This document shows, piece by piece, positions 21,285-31,964 of a stretch of 64,000 nucleotides of DNA (the stretch's first letter is position 1; the number at the start of each line of letters is the position of its first letter). The stretch spans positions 1,568,001 through 1,632,000 of the forward strand of contig OZ219790.1 in NCBI GenBank assembly GCA_964291215.2. The letters are read 5' to 3'. Made by a program: the position numbers and the translations under genes. The notes under the pieces were generated by a model that searched no databases, was not told where the DNA came from, and worked only from the letters and a program-made list of their open reading frames with translations. The stretch comes from Alphaproteobacteria bacterium. GTDB taxonomy: Bacteria > Pseudomonadota > Alphaproteobacteria > MPNO01 > UBA830.

Positions 21285-21311
21285 CAGCCGGCCGCCGCTC
21301 CGGCGTTCGCG

Positions 21312-22619
21312 TCAGCCCGGCGGCCGGTTGCCGCGGCGTACCGCCAGCGACAGCGCATGCGCATCGAGGCCTTCAGCTGCCGCCAAGGTCTCCGCGGCCG
21401 GCCCGATCCGGGCCAGCGAGGCGGCACTGCAGCCGACCAGCGTGGTCCGCTTCATCAAGTCCGTGACCGCAAGGCCGGAAGCGTAGCGTGCGCTGCCCAT
21501 CGTCGGAAGCACATGGTTGGGACCGGCGACATAGTCGCCCACCGCCTCCGGCGTGTACCGGCCGAGAAAGATCGCGCCGGCGTGGCGGATGCGGCCGGCG
21601 AGGGAATCCGGATCCGCGACCGCAAGCTCGAGATGCTCGGGCGCGATCCGGTCCACGATGCCGGCGGCATCCTCAAGACGATCGACGACGATGATCGCCC
21701 CGAAATCCTCCCAACTCTCCCCGGCGATCCGCGCACGCGGCAATTCGCCGAGCCACGCCCGGACCGCCGCTTCGACGGCATCCGCAAACTCCGCATCGTC
21801 GGTGATCAGGATCGACTGCGCAAGCGGATCGTGTTCCGCCTGCGACAGCAGATCGGCGGCGATCCACGCCGGATCGTTTTCGCCGTCGGCGACCACGAGT
21901 ATCTCCGACGGTCCCGCGATCAGGTCGATTCCAACGGCCCCGAATACCTGCCGTTTGGCTTCCGCCACGTAGGCGTTCCCGGGGCCGACGATCTTGTCGA
22001 CGGGACTCACCGTGGCGGTGCCATAGGCCAGCGCCGCAATCGCCTGCGCACCGCCGATGCGGTAAATTTCGCGGACGCCCGCGAGATCAGCCGCCGCAAG
22101 GACCAGCGGGCTCACGACGCCGCCCGATGCCGGAACCGCCATCACGAGACGCCCGACGCCGGCGACCGTTGCGGGAATCGCGTTCATCAGAACAGAACTC
22201 GGATAGGCGGCGGAACCGCCCGGCACATATATCCCGACCGCCGCAAGCGGCGTCCAGCGCAGCCCGAGCCGAATGCCGTCGCCGTCGGTGTAGGCGAAAC
22301 CTTCCGGCAGCTGGCGCTCATGAAACGCGCGTATCCGCGACGCGGCAAGCTCTAGCGCCGCGATCCGGTCGGGCGCGCACGCGGCACGCGCACCGGCGAT
22401 CTCGCCGGGATCGACCTGGAGTTCGGCAGCCACGCCGACATCGAAGCCGTCGAAGCGGCGTGTATAATCGAGAAGCGCGTCGTCTCCGCGGCGACGCATG
22501 TCGCCGATGATCGCCGAGACCGCGGCACCGACATCCGCTTCCGGCGCGCGTCGCCCCTCGACCAGCCGTTCGAGCTCCTCGGCAAACGACGCCGCCCCGG
22601 CGGCGAGCCTACGCGCCAT
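21312..22619 (-). CDS. hisD: Histidinol dehydrogenase
   Basis: YVPGG, GGAQAIAALAYG, GPGNAYV, AGPSE, SQAEHD, APEHLE, GDYVAGPNHVLPT. Confidence 0.97.
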   Translation of the reverse strand: MARRLAAGAASFAEELERLVEGRRAPEADVGAAVSAIIGDMRRRGDDALLDYTRRFDGFDVGVAAELQVDPGEIAGARAACAPDRIAALELAASRIRAFHERQLPEGFAYTDGDGIRLGLRWTPLAAVGIYVPGGSAAYPSSVLMNAIPATVAGVGRLVMAVPASGGVVSPLVLAAADLAGVREIYRIGGAQAIAALAYGTATVSPVDKIVGPGNAYVAEAKRQVFGAVGIDLIAGPSEILVVADGENDPAWIAADLLSQAEHDPLAQSILITDDAEFADAVEAAVRAWLGELPRARIAGESWEDFGAIIVVDRLEDAAGIVDRIAPEHLELAVADPDSLAGRIRHAGAIFLGRYTPEAVGDYVAGPNHVLPTMGSARYASGLAVTDLMKRTTLVGCSAASLARIGPAAETLAAAEGLDAHALSLAVRRGNRPPG

Positions 22620-23274
22620 CGACCGCGGCTCGGAAACGGCGGATCCAGCCGTGCAGTTCGGCCGAGCGGGTCTTGAGCGCGGCCCGGTTGACGACCAGCC
22701 GCGACGTCACCATCGTGATCTCCTCGACTTCGACGAGTCCGTTCGCACGCAATGTCGATCCCGTCGAGACGAGATCGACGATCCGCCGGCAGAGCCCCAG
22801 TGACGGCGCAATCTCGACGGCGCCGCTCAGCTTGACGCACTCCGCATGCACGCCCCGCGCGGCAAAGTGCCGGCGCGTCAGGTCGGGGTACTTGGTCGCA
22901 ACCCGGACATGGCTCCAGCGCAGCGGATTATCCTTCTGGCGGAGAGCCTCAGATTCGGCAACGACCATCCGGCAGTGTCCAATGCCGAGGTCGAGCGGCG
23001 CATAGATCTCGGGATAGCCAAACTCCAGCAGCACGTCGCGACCGGCGACCCCGAGCTGCGCGCCGCCAAAGGCGACTATGGTGGCAACATCGAACGAGCG
23101 GACGCGAAGCAGGAACAGGTCGGGCACGTTGGTCGCGAACTCGAGCTTGCGTTCGTTCTCGTCGAGGAACGCGTCCTCGGGCTCGATCCCGACGCTGGCC
23201 ATGACCGGCAGGAGTTCGCCGAGAATGCGGCCGCGCGGCACCGCGAAGCGCAGCCGATCTCCTCCCGCAGTCAC
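22609..23274 (-). CDS. hisG: ATP phosphoribosyltransferase, short form
   Basis: AVPRGRI, RVATKYP, KLSGAVE, IVDLVSTGSTLRANGL; probable GTG start at 23274. Confidence 0.95.
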   Translation of the reverse strand: MTAGGDRLRFAVPRGRILGELLPVMASVGIEPEDAFLDENERKLEFATNVPDLFLLRVRSFDVATIVAFGGAQLGVAGRDVLLEFGYPEIYAPLDLGIGHCRMVVAESEALRQKDNPLRWSHVRVATKYPDLTRRHFAARGVHAECVKLSGAVEIAPSLGLCRRIVDLVSTGSTLRANGLVEVEEITMVTSRLVVNRAALKTRSAELHGWIRRFRAAVDGA

Positions 23275-23403
23275 CGTTCCCTCCCCCGGCACACAGCGCA
23301 CGGCGACGCAGCCAGAACAGCCCGCCTCTGCGACGCCCCGCGAGACGCCGGAAAAAGATCTTCACGATACATCTGGGTTCACCGTATCCGATTTCCGGAG
23401 CCG

Positions 23404-24690
23404 TCACCCGCCGACGCGCTCGATCACGGCGCCGCAGGCGGCAAGCTTGTCTTCGATACGTTCATAGCCGCGGTCCAGATGATACACGCGATTTACTTCC
23501 GTTTCCCCCCGCGCCGCGAGACCCGCCAGTATCAGCGATACCGAAGCGCGGAGGTCGGTCGCCATCACCGGCGCACCGGTAAGATGGCTGACGCCGCTGA
23601 CGACGGCAGACCCCCTGTCGATGCGGATGTCGGCGCCCATACGGCAGAGTTCCGGCACATGCATGAAGCGGTTCTCGAAGATCGTTTCGGTTATCGTCGA
23701 GCATCCTTCGGCGAGCGTCATCAAGGCCGTCATCTGGGCCTGAAGGTCGGTCGGGAATCCGGGATAGGGCTCGGTAACCACGTCACTCCCCCGCACCCGG
23801 CCGCCGGCGAGGCCGACCCGGATGCGACCATCTCCGGGCTCCATCTTCAGACCGGCGTCGGCAAGCTTGGCGAGCGCGGCCTGCAGGATCACAGGTCCCC
23901 CACCCCTGAGCTCCACGCACCCTCCGGTGATCGCCGCAGCCATCGCCCAGGTGCCGGCCTCGATGCGATCGGCAATCACCGCGTGATCAGCGCCGCCGAG
24001 CCGGTCAGTGCCCTGGATCATTATCCGCTCTGTACCCGCACCCTCGATGGCTGCGCCCATGGCAACCAGGCAATCCGCCAGATCGACAATCTCGGGCTCG
24101 CGCGCGGCATTGGCGAGCACCGTCTCGCCGCGAGCCAGCGACGCGGCCATCATCAGGTTCTCGGTCGCACCGACGGAGGCGAACGGGAGCAAGATCGCGC
24201 CACCACGCAGGCCCTGCGCCGCCCGCGCACGGACATAGCCGTTTTCGACCGCGATCTCGGCGCCGAGCGCGGCGAGGCCCGCAAGATGGAGATCGACCGG
24301 CCGCGTGCCGATTGCGCAACCGCCGGGAAGCGAAACCCGCGCCTCGCCAAACCGCGCTACCAGCGGCCCAAGCACCAGGATCGACGCACGCATCCGCCGC
24401 ACAAGATCATAGGGTGCGAACGTATCTCCGACACCGGCTGCGTCGAGCGAGACCGCGCCGCCGACACCGCCGGCATCCGTGTCCTCCTCCATGCCCTCGA
24501 CCGCAACGCCGAGCTGCCGCAGCAACCTCGCCATGCTCGATATGTCGACCAGCGACGGCACGTTCCGGAGCGTGAGGGTTTCTTCTGTCAGCAGACATGC
24601 CGCCATCAGCGGCAGCGCCGCATTCTTGGCACCGCTGATGTCAATCGAGCCGGAGAGCGGCGTACCGCCCTGGATCAGGATCCTGTCCAT
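23404..24690 (-). CDS. murA: UDP-N-acetylglucosamine 1-carboxyvinyltransferase
   Basis: [50 protein letters not shown]. Confidence 0.98.
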   Translation of the reverse strand: MDRILIQGGTPLSGSIDISGAKNAALPLMAACLLTEETLTLRNVPSLVDISSMARLLRQLGVAVEGMEEDTDAGGVGGAVSLDAAGVGDTFAPYDLVRRMRASILVLGPLVARFGEARVSLPGGCAIGTRPVDLHLAGLAALGAEIAVENGYVRARAAQGLRGGAILLPFASVGATENLMMAASLARGETVLANAAREPEIVDLADCLVAMGAAIEGAGTERIMIQGTDRLGGADHAVIADRIEAGTWAMAAAITGGCVELRGGGPVILQAALAKLADAGLKMEPGDGRIRVGLAGGRVRGSDVVTEPYPGFPTDLQAQMTALMTLAEGCSTITETIFENRFMHVPELCRMGADIRIDRGSAVVSGVSHLTGAPVMATDLRASVSLILAGLAARGETEVNRVYHLDRGYERIEDKLAACGAVIERVGG

Positions 24691-24800
24691 TCCCGGTCAG
24701 GCCGGACGCGCCGACCAGCGCCGGCAGTTCCGGCTCCGGGTCGCCACCCGGGCAGGAAAACGGCTCACGGACGCGCCGTCGCCGCTGCGCGACGGTCGAG

Positions 24801-24977
24801 TCACGGCGATCGCCGGTTGTCGTCAGGCTTCGTCGGCGCGCGCGATGCCGGAATGTCCGTTTCGCGTGCGCGTGCCTGCGCCTTGCGCCGCAGCAGGTTG
24901 GCGCGAAGCTCCTGCGCCTGACGCCGCTGTCGCGCCGGCTTGCTGCCACGGGGTTTCCCGGAGGGTACGTCTACCAT
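24801..24977 (-). CDS. Small basic hypothetical protein upstream of murA
   Basis: ELRANLLRRKAQARAR motif, typical of the small gene before alphaproteobacterial murA. Confidence 0.65.
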   Translation of the reverse strand: MVDVPSGKPRGSKPARQRRQAQELRANLLRRKAQARARETDIPASRAPTKPDDNRRSP

Positions 24978-25058
24978 GGCCGGATCCGCATCGTTCAATG
25001 GGGTGCTGGCGGGTTGAATCCCACCCGGCAAGGTGCCATTATGCCGCCATCCTGGCAA

Positions 25059-25133
25059 GCCGCCGTAGCTCAGTGGTAGAGCGCACCCTTGGTAAGGGTG
25101 AGGTCGAGTGTTCAATCCACTCCGGCGGCACCA
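25059..25133 (+). tRNA. tRNA-Thr (GGT)
   Basis: Cloverleaf gccgccgtagctcagtggtagagc, anticodon arm cacccttGGTaagggtg, T-arm gttcaatcc, encoded CCA. Confidence 0.97.
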
Positions 25134-25324
25134 TGAACCCGTCTCGTGCCACCGACCGGACAGTTGGCGCCACCGTGTGGCCGGGGTATTGACGGATGCC
25201 CCCCCCGATCGCAAAACCCCACATGCTGTCCTCAGCACGTCCCGGGCTTTTCCTCGAGTGTTTTCGGGCAGTTCTGGATAACCGGAAATTTCCTGTTGTC
25301 CGGGATGCACGCCGGAGCCAAACT

Positions 25325-25982
25325 CAGACATCCTTACCTCGTTAGTTGACTTGATCAGTCCGGCTCCCCTTTTTTCCAACACAATGAACGATTTTCCCGG
25401 TTCTTGCTTGGCAACATAGCCGCCTGATGGCCCGATATACCATGATGCCTGTAATTGGATACTCCCGGCCATGAACACGCTCGCGATGCACCTTCCTGAA
25501 GCCATCGGAACCTCGTGCTTCTCCCTTGCCGATGTCGACGGACAGACCGTCTACTTCTCGAACATGGAGCCCTGCCACGACGAGGGCGACCGGCCGGCGA
25601 TGCTGCTGCGGATCGCCAGGCACCGCGTTCCTCAAAGAGACCTGCAGACGGCGTGAGCCGCGCGACCGTGCAGCGGGCGGTGAAGAAGCTCCGGGACAGG
25701 GCGAAGCGAGCTTCCACGAGCCGCGCAGGGGCCGCGGTATCAGCGTGTTCACCGGCGAGACGGCGGACGCGGCGAACTGTCTCCTGGCCGAGGGCATGAG
25801 CGCCGCGGCACTGACCCGGGAACTGGGGATCGCGAGATCGACGGTGTACTACAACCTCAGCAACGGGTTTGTCGGCGCCGGAGAGCGGCCGTAGCCGGAG
25901 GCGACGAAAGTCGACAAGGCCACGAGATGCCCGGACGATCTTCTCGGCCGCGGCGAGCGGGACCGTCGAGACAGGGTCGCGC
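25325..25982 (+). mobile_element. Left-end fragment of the CAGA-ended element
   Basis: End cagacatccttacctc; reverse-complement homolog of 17870-18291; HTH ELGIARSTVYYNL. Confidence 0.8.
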
Positions 25983-26467
25983 CACGGTGATCCTGTGCTA
26001 ATTCGTGCCCGCGCGGAAATGACCGTTTTGGCTGAGATTCTGGCGAAATTTCTGGTTTGATCGCCTTTCCGGGTCCCGCTCCGTTTTCGGGGGGATTCCT
26101 GCTGATTCGCAGCGGTATCAGGGCTCTTCCAGCCGAGAAGCCGGACGAGCGGCTCCGTTCCCGCTCCCGGCGGGTTTCACAGGTGGGGTGGAGGGACGCC
26201 GCCGTCAGGCGGCGCGTTTTCGTCGTCGTCGGGCCCGTCCGTGCAACAGCAGGCGGTGGACATTGAAGGCGACCATGGACAGCGCCACCATCCGCGCAAA
26301 GCCGTCCGCCCCACAGGACCCGGTCCATGCCGCGTTGCTCAAGATTATTGATCGCCGACTCCACGTGCTGTCGGCGCATCTCCCGGAACGTCGTCTCAGC
26401 TTCCCGGTCCGCCCGACTAGGCTGTCCCTTCTTCGGCAGCGCGTCCAGCAGCTCGTCCAGTGCAATC
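25983..26467 (-). mobile_element. ISNCY (ISDol1-like) transposase 3' remnant
   Basis: VESAINNLEQRGMDRV...GADGFARMVALSMVAFNVHR; terminus cacggtgatcctgtgctaattcg matches the MITE ends. Confidence 0.7.
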
Positions 26468-26549
26468 GTAAGCGTTCGTTCATGCGGTGATGACGATCTG
26501 CGCTGAGGTTTGTTTTGGTGATTCGGAGAAGGGGGCTAGTAAATTTTTT
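26468..26549 (+). mobile_element. IS66 type A left-end stub
   Basis: gtaagcgttcgttcatgcggtgatgacgatctgcgc, cut by IS66 type B. Confidence 0.85.
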
Positions 26550-28049
26550 GTATCTACTCACCCCTAGTTGAGTTCTGATTGGTCGTAGTGCTCGTTGATG
26601 ATGTCTGCGGCTTTTCCGTCGAGGGCGATCTGGGTTGCGACGTGTGGGTTGTAGCCGAGTGCGGCCATGGAGGTGAGGTAGCTTGAGCCCCGGCACCATG
26701 CTTTTGCGTGGAGCGGAAGCATCCGGACACCTTGACCTTTGCCATCCTGATCTTCTGTTCTCCGGCATTGTTGGTGAAGCTGACGTCGGGGTTGTCTATG
26801 AAGCGCAGGTTTTCGTGTTTCACGAGACGTTCGTGCAGGTTGTGCGCGTTTGCGATGCGTTTTCCTTTCGTCGGGATGTCGGGCAGTTCCTTGGCGCCCT
26901 GATGGTGCGGTAGCGCTTGCGCCCGGCGTCGTTCAGGGTCTTGGATGTGCTCTTGTTGACCTTGTGGCAGACCTCGCGGAACAGGCTCTTCATCAGTCGC
27001 GCGGTAGCCTCGACGACAAAGGTCAGTTCGCGCAGCAGGTGGCTGCCGCACAACTGGTGGCTACACTGCCATGTACGAGGCCCAGGACGCCCTTGTAGCA
27101 CGGGCCGATCTCTTGCCCGCGCTTGCGGTGCGGGAACTTGCACGTCAGGGTCCCACGACATGAAGCCACTTACTGTTGATCCGAAATCGTCGACATCGGG
27201 CGTTGCAGGAGGTGCGCCACGGCGGCCTCCTCCCATGACGCATCGTGAAAGCATAGCCGAGGCAGGTTGCCTCGGAGAGCTTGATGCCGGAGATCGCCTG
27301 CACGAACGCGACGGCACGGCGCAGGGACAGCATCTGGGCGACCAGCAGGTTGATGACGAGGGCCTGGATGCCGTACTGCACGGGATGTTGTCGGGGAACC
27401 GGCCCTTGGTTCGGGCCTTGCACTTCGGGCATTCCTTGATCTCGGCGCGGCGCTCGACGACCTCGAACACGATGTCGTGCGGCGCTCCCGATCGACGGGG
27501 CCGTCGGCGCCGCAGGCGTCGCAGGCCGCGACCGTCTCCTCGACGATGATCTTGCGCAGGTTGTCGCCCATCTGCTGGTTCGGCTTCGGGCCGTTGCTCC
27601 CGGCACGCTCTTGTCCGTCTGTGACGGCGGCAGACCGGAGTTCCGGCTCGTGCGTGGTCTTCTCCAGAAGGACGACGATGAGGATGTCGAGCAGGATGAC
27701 GAGGACGCGGATCACGGCCTCTTCCGCCACCTTGCCGGCCGCACGCAGCGCCGCGGTCTTGGCCGCTTCGAACTCCTCGCGCGCCGCCCGTCGCCATCAC
27801 CCGGCCTTGTGCTTCATCAGCGCGCCGCCTCCGAGATGCGTTTCCACATACAGATCATGCGGGGGCTGGAGCCCCGGAAGCAGCTGGCACAGCCCGCTCG
27901 TCGCCTTCGATCCAAAGTAGCCCACTGGCGGTCCCCGTCGTTCTCGATTACCACCACTAAACGAATCGGCCTGCAGTGTCAAATCTCCACGAAAACCCGT
28001 TTGTTACTCTACCCCGACATCAAGCCGGAACCAGGGGGTGAGCAGTTAC
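26550..28049 (-). mobile_element. IS66-family type B, copy A, degraded
   Basis: Ends gtatctactcacccc / ggggtgagcagttac; HQLCGSHLLREL, FTNNAGEQKIRMAKVK; no TSD. Confidence 0.9.
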
Positions 28050-28145
28050 GCCTTCGGTCTAAAAAATGCTGCGCCCTTCAGCTGACCACACAGAATATAG
28101 CGTGATATGAGCCTGCCTGAACGTGACAGCGCAAGCAAAGGCTGT

Positions 28146-28189
28146 CATCATAGCGTAGCCATTCGAGCATCATAGCGTAGCCATTCGAG
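28146..28189. repeat. 22-bp perfect tandem duplication
   Basis: catcatagcgtagccattcgag x2. Confidence 0.9.
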
Positions 28190-28232
28190 CTTCCGGATCC
28201 GATCCGGTGCGCATTCCGACGCGGAGTATTCC

Positions 28233-29423
28233 ATGGAACTCCCATCGAGCGACAGCCTGTATGCTCTCAAGGTTGACGAATTCGATACCGCGCAATTGCT
28301 GGCAAACGCGGCGCGGCAGTGCGACGAGCGCAACCTTGCCGACGTGTTCATCGTCGATGCGGATTCGCATCACTACGAGACAGAATCGGTCACCGAACTC
28401 CTCGGGTACATTGAGGATCCGGTGATGAAACAGCTCTCGATGTCGGCTCTGGGCGTTGCCCGGAAGTCCCGCGGCTTCCCTTATTCACGCGTGGGTTATC
28501 AGGATCTCGGCGGCCGCATCACCCGCGAGCCCCTGCGCGGTCTGGAACAGACGGCGGGCGCCGAGCACCGCGACATCGCGCTCGCGCACAAGCGCATGGA
28601 CGCGATGGGGGTCGATTTGGCCGTTCTTCTGCCGACGCCCATGATGCTGATGGGCATGCATCCGCAGATCGAGTTCGAGGCGCAGATCGCGTTGGCCTAC
28701 AACACGTGGCTGGTCGAGAAGGTGACGTCGCAATCGGACCGGCTTTTATCCTTTGCCTATCTGCCGTTCAACGACCCCGAGATGACCTTCAGGATCGTCA
28801 GCGAGTTCAGGGACGCGCCTGGAATCGTCGGGTTTATGATAACGTCGGTGCGCCACAATGCGGTGCATGACAACGTGTACGCGAAGAGCTATGCGGCGAT
28901 CCAGGAGGCGGGAAAGGTCCTTGCCTTCCACACCGGCTATGACTGGGACGATCCGACCTTCGGAAGCCCGAGCCGGTTCGTCGCCATCCAGGCCATCGGC
29001 TATCCGTTCTATAACGTCATCCACTGCGTCAACTGGTTGTGCAATGGCATGAACGAGCGTTTCCCGGAGCTCGATGTCCTGTGGATGGAGGGCGGCCTCG
29101 CGTGGGTACCGTGGGTGATGCAGCGGATCGATTCCGAATACCGCATGCGCTCGGCCGAGGTGCCGGGCCTGAGGAAACTGCCGAGCCACTACATGCGCGA
29201 CATGTACTACACGTCGCAACCGCTGGAAGTGGGTGACGGTTACCTCCTTGAGCAGACGCTCAAGGCCGTCGACGCGGAAAACCGGCTTCTCTACGCTTCG
29301 AACTATCCGCTGCCCGACATGGACGTGCCGTCCGTGATCTGGGATCTCGACTGCCTGGACAAGCAGGCGAAGCGCAACATTCTGGGCGAGAACGCACGCA
29401 GGCTGTTCAGGCTCGAGGCCTGA
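28233..29423 (+). CDS. Amidohydrolase_2 family protein
   Basis: IVDADSHHYE, AYNTWL, LAFHTG, MEGGLAWVP, YYTSQPLE, ILGENARRLF. Confidence 0.85.
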   Translation: MELPSSDSLYALKVDEFDTAQLLANAARQCDERNLADVFIVDADSHHYETESVTELLGYIEDPVMKQLSMSALGVARKSRGFPYSRVGYQDLGGRITREPLRGLEQTAGAEHRDIALAHKRMDAMGVDLAVLLPTPMMLMGMHPQIEFEAQIALAYNTWLVEKVTSQSDRLLSFAYLPFNDPEMTFRIVSEFRDAPGIVGFMITSVRHNAVHDNVYAKSYAAIQEAGKVLAFHTGYDWDDPTFGSPSRFVAIQAIGYPFYNVIHCVNWLCNGMNERFPELDVLWMEGGLAWVPWVMQRIDSEYRMRSAEVPGLRKLPSHYMRDMYYTSQPLEVGDGYLLEQTLKAVDAENRLLYASNYPLPDMDVPSVIWDLDCLDKQAKRNILGENARRLFRLEA

Positions 29424-29447
29424 CGAAACAACGGGAGGTCGCAACGG

Positions 29448-30062
29448 ATGAAACTCATCGGCAGGTTCATGTCGCCGTTCACTCGCCGGGTGGCGGTATC
29501 CGCCCGCACGCTCGGCTTGGAATTCGAACATGTCGACCTGTCGACGATGACCGATATCGACGAAATTCGCAGATACAACCCCATGGGGCGGGTGCCGACC
29601 GTCGTGCTCGAAGACGGAACCGTCCTTGTCGACAGCGCCGCGATCGTCGACTGGCTTGACGAGCAGGTCGAGCCGGAGCGCCGGCTGGTGCCCGTGTCCG
29701 GCGCCGCCAGGCGGGACGTCCTGCAGCTTGTCTCGTGGGCGACAGGGGCCGGCGACAAGGCGGTGGTTGTCCATTACGAGCTTACCCGCCGACCCGAAGA
29801 CAAGATCTTCCTGCCCGCGGTCGAAAGCAATGTCGATCAGATCAGATCCGCCTTTGGGATGCTGGAGAAGGCGGCGGTGGACGGCGGCTGGCTGGTCGGC
29901 GATCGCATGACGCAGGCTGACATCACGGTGGTGATCTTCCAGGAATTCTGCGAAATCGTGCTTGCGGACCGCTTCGACCGCGGCGACTATCCCGCGCTCG
30001 GCGCTCTTTGCGCACGCGCCCATGGCGAAAATCCCGCCTTTGCCGGGACCTCTCCGCGATGA
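29448..30062 (+). CDS. Glutathione S-transferase family protein
   Basis: SPFTRRV, NPMGRVPT, LVDSAAI, TQADI. Confidence 0.9.
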   Translation: MKLIGRFMSPFTRRVAVSARTLGLEFEHVDLSTMTDIDEIRRYNPMGRVPTVVLEDGTVLVDSAAIVDWLDEQVEPERRLVPVSGAARRDVLQLVSWATGAGDKAVVVHYELTRRPEDKIFLPAVESNVDQIRSAFGMLEKAAVDGGWLVGDRMTQADITVVIFQEFCEIVLADRFDRGDYPALGALCARAHGENPAFAGTSPR

Positions 30063-30937
30063 CTACGCTGAGAATAGGCGACGCCACCATAGACGGCGTC
30101 ATTGAAGCCTTTGACGCGATTCGCGCGCCGGCCGACATCTTTCCCGACTCGACATCCGAGCTGGTGGACAGCCACCGTGGCTGGCTCGAGCCGCACAGCA
30201 TCGACCCCGAGACGGGCAACGTCATCCTCGCGTTTCGCAGCTATCTCGTCCGCACGGGCGGCCTCACGATTCTCATCGACACCTGCGTCGGCAACGACAA
30301 GGAGCGCCCGTTGCGCCCCAACTGGCACCGCAAGTCCTGGCCGTGGATGGACAATCTGCGCGCTCGGGGCGTGACGCCGGAAGACGTTGACATCGTGATG
30401 TGCACCCATCTGCACACCGATCACGTGGGTTGGAACACGCGTTTGGAGGACGGCCGCTGGGTGCCGACATTTCCCAACGCGCGCTACCTGTTCCATGAGA
30501 AGGAGTACGCCTACTGGGAGGCGGAACATCGCCGGCAAGAATGGATTCGCGACGCCTTCGAGGACAGCGTCTTGCCGGTCGTCGAGGCCGGAAAGGCGGA
30601 AATGGTGGCCGGCGATCACGAGATTATCAACGGCCTGTGGCTTGAGCCCGCACCCGGGCACACGCCGGGGGCCGTATGCATCAACCTGCGGAACGGCGGC
30701 GACCGGGCTGTGTTCTGCGGCGACCTGATGCACCATCCCCTGCAGGTCCCCGAGCCGCAGTGGTCGAGCATCTTCTGCACCGACCCCGACCTGTCGCGCG
30801 AGACCCGCGTCGCGTTCGTCGAGCGCCATGCGGAGACCGGCATCATGGTTTTGCCGACCCATTTCGTGAAGAATGGCGGCGGCCATATCGAGGGCGGCGG
30901 CTCCGGTGACAAGGCCATGTTCCGGTTCGCCGGCTGA
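30059..30937 (+). CDS. Metallo-beta-lactamase-fold hydrolase, paralog 1
   Basis: THLHTDHVGWN, PGHTPG, GDLMHH; ATG at 30059 overlaps the GST stop. Confidence 0.9.
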   Translation: MTTLRIGDATIDGVIEAFDAIRAPADIFPDSTSELVDSHRGWLEPHSIDPETGNVILAFRSYLVRTGGLTILIDTCVGNDKERPLRPNWHRKSWPWMDNLRARGVTPEDVDIVMCTHLHTDHVGWNTRLEDGRWVPTFPNARYLFHEKEYAYWEAEHRRQEWIRDAFEDSVLPVVEAGKAEMVAGDHEIINGLWLEPAPGHTPGAVCINLRNGGDRAVFCGDLMHHPLQVPEPQWSSIFCTDPDLSRETRVAFVERHAETGIMVLPTHFVKNGGGHIEGGGSGDKAMFRFAG

Positions 30938-31043
30938 CGTGCTGCGCGGACCGGCAAGAAACCACTGCAGGCGCTGACGGAAACCGCGCGGTGTCCTGAT
31001 CAGAATTGCGTCCGCACCCTGCCATTGGAGCGACGGATCGGCC

Positions 31044-31922
31044 ATGGCAACCTTCAGAATCGGCGGCGCCACCATAGATGCGGTTGCGGAAGGGCACCGG
31101 ACGTTCTGGTCGCCCCGGGATCTTCTCCCCGACGCGGCGACCGAGGTCATCGGGCTTCATCGCGAGTGGCTTGAACCGCACAGCGTGGAACCGGTCGGCG
31201 GCGCTCTCATCACCACCCATCGCAGCTACCTCGTGCGCGCCGGCGGTCTCGTAATTCTCGTGGACACCTGCATCGGCAATGAAAAGGAGCGCCCGCTGCG
31301 GCCCAACTGGCACCGGCGCAAGTGGCCTTGGATTGACAATCTGCGCGCTCGCGGCGTTGAGCCGGAGGACATCGATGTCGTGCTGTGCACCCATCTCCAC
31401 ACCGATCATGTGGGCTGGAACACTCGGTTGCGGGACGGCCGCTGGGTACCGACATTTCCCAATGCGCACTATCTGTTCCACGAAACGGAATACGACTATT
31501 GGCTGGCGCGCCATACCGCCGAGGACTGGCTGCGCGACGCCTTCATCGACAGCGTTCTGCCGGTGGTCGAGGCGGGGAAGGCGGTGATGGTGGCAGGTGA
31601 TCACGAGATCGCGGACGGGCTCTGGCTCGAGCCGGCGCCGGGCCATACCCCGGGCGCGGTGTGCCTCAACCTGCACGACGGTGATGGTCGCGGCGTCTTC
31701 TGCGGCGACCTGATGCATCATCCCATTCAGGTCCCGGCGCCGCACTGGTCAAGCGTGTTCTGCAGCGATCCCGATCTTTCGCGCAGGACCCGCACCGCTT
31801 TCGTCGAACGCCACGCCGATACCGGCACCATGGTGCTGCCGGCGCATTTTGCAAAGGACGGCGGCGGTTATATCGAGAGCGCCGGGCCGGGCGGAAGTAC
31901 GGTGTTCCGGTTCGCCTCCTGA
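31044..31922 (+). CDS. Metallo-beta-lactamase-fold hydrolase, paralog 2
   Basis: Same motifs and same length (292 aa) as paralog 1. Confidence 0.9.
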   Translation: MATFRIGGATIDAVAEGHRTFWSPRDLLPDAATEVIGLHREWLEPHSVEPVGGALITTHRSYLVRAGGLVILVDTCIGNEKERPLRPNWHRRKWPWIDNLRARGVEPEDIDVVLCTHLHTDHVGWNTRLRDGRWVPTFPNAHYLFHETEYDYWLARHTAEDWLRDAFIDSVLPVVEAGKAVMVAGDHEIADGLWLEPAPGHTPGAVCLNLHDGDGRGVFCGDLMHHPIQVPAPHWSSVFCSDPDLSRRTRTAFVERHADTGTMVLPAHFAKDGGGYIESAGPGGSTVFRFAS

Positions 31923-31964
31923 CAGGGCTGGCGGTCGCGGCGGTGGCAAGAGGGGAAGCGCAGG

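Noticed and set aside
24801-25505. 234-aa ORF across tRNA-Thr
   Set aside because: It overlaps the tRNA and IS debris; only the last 58 codons look like a real gene
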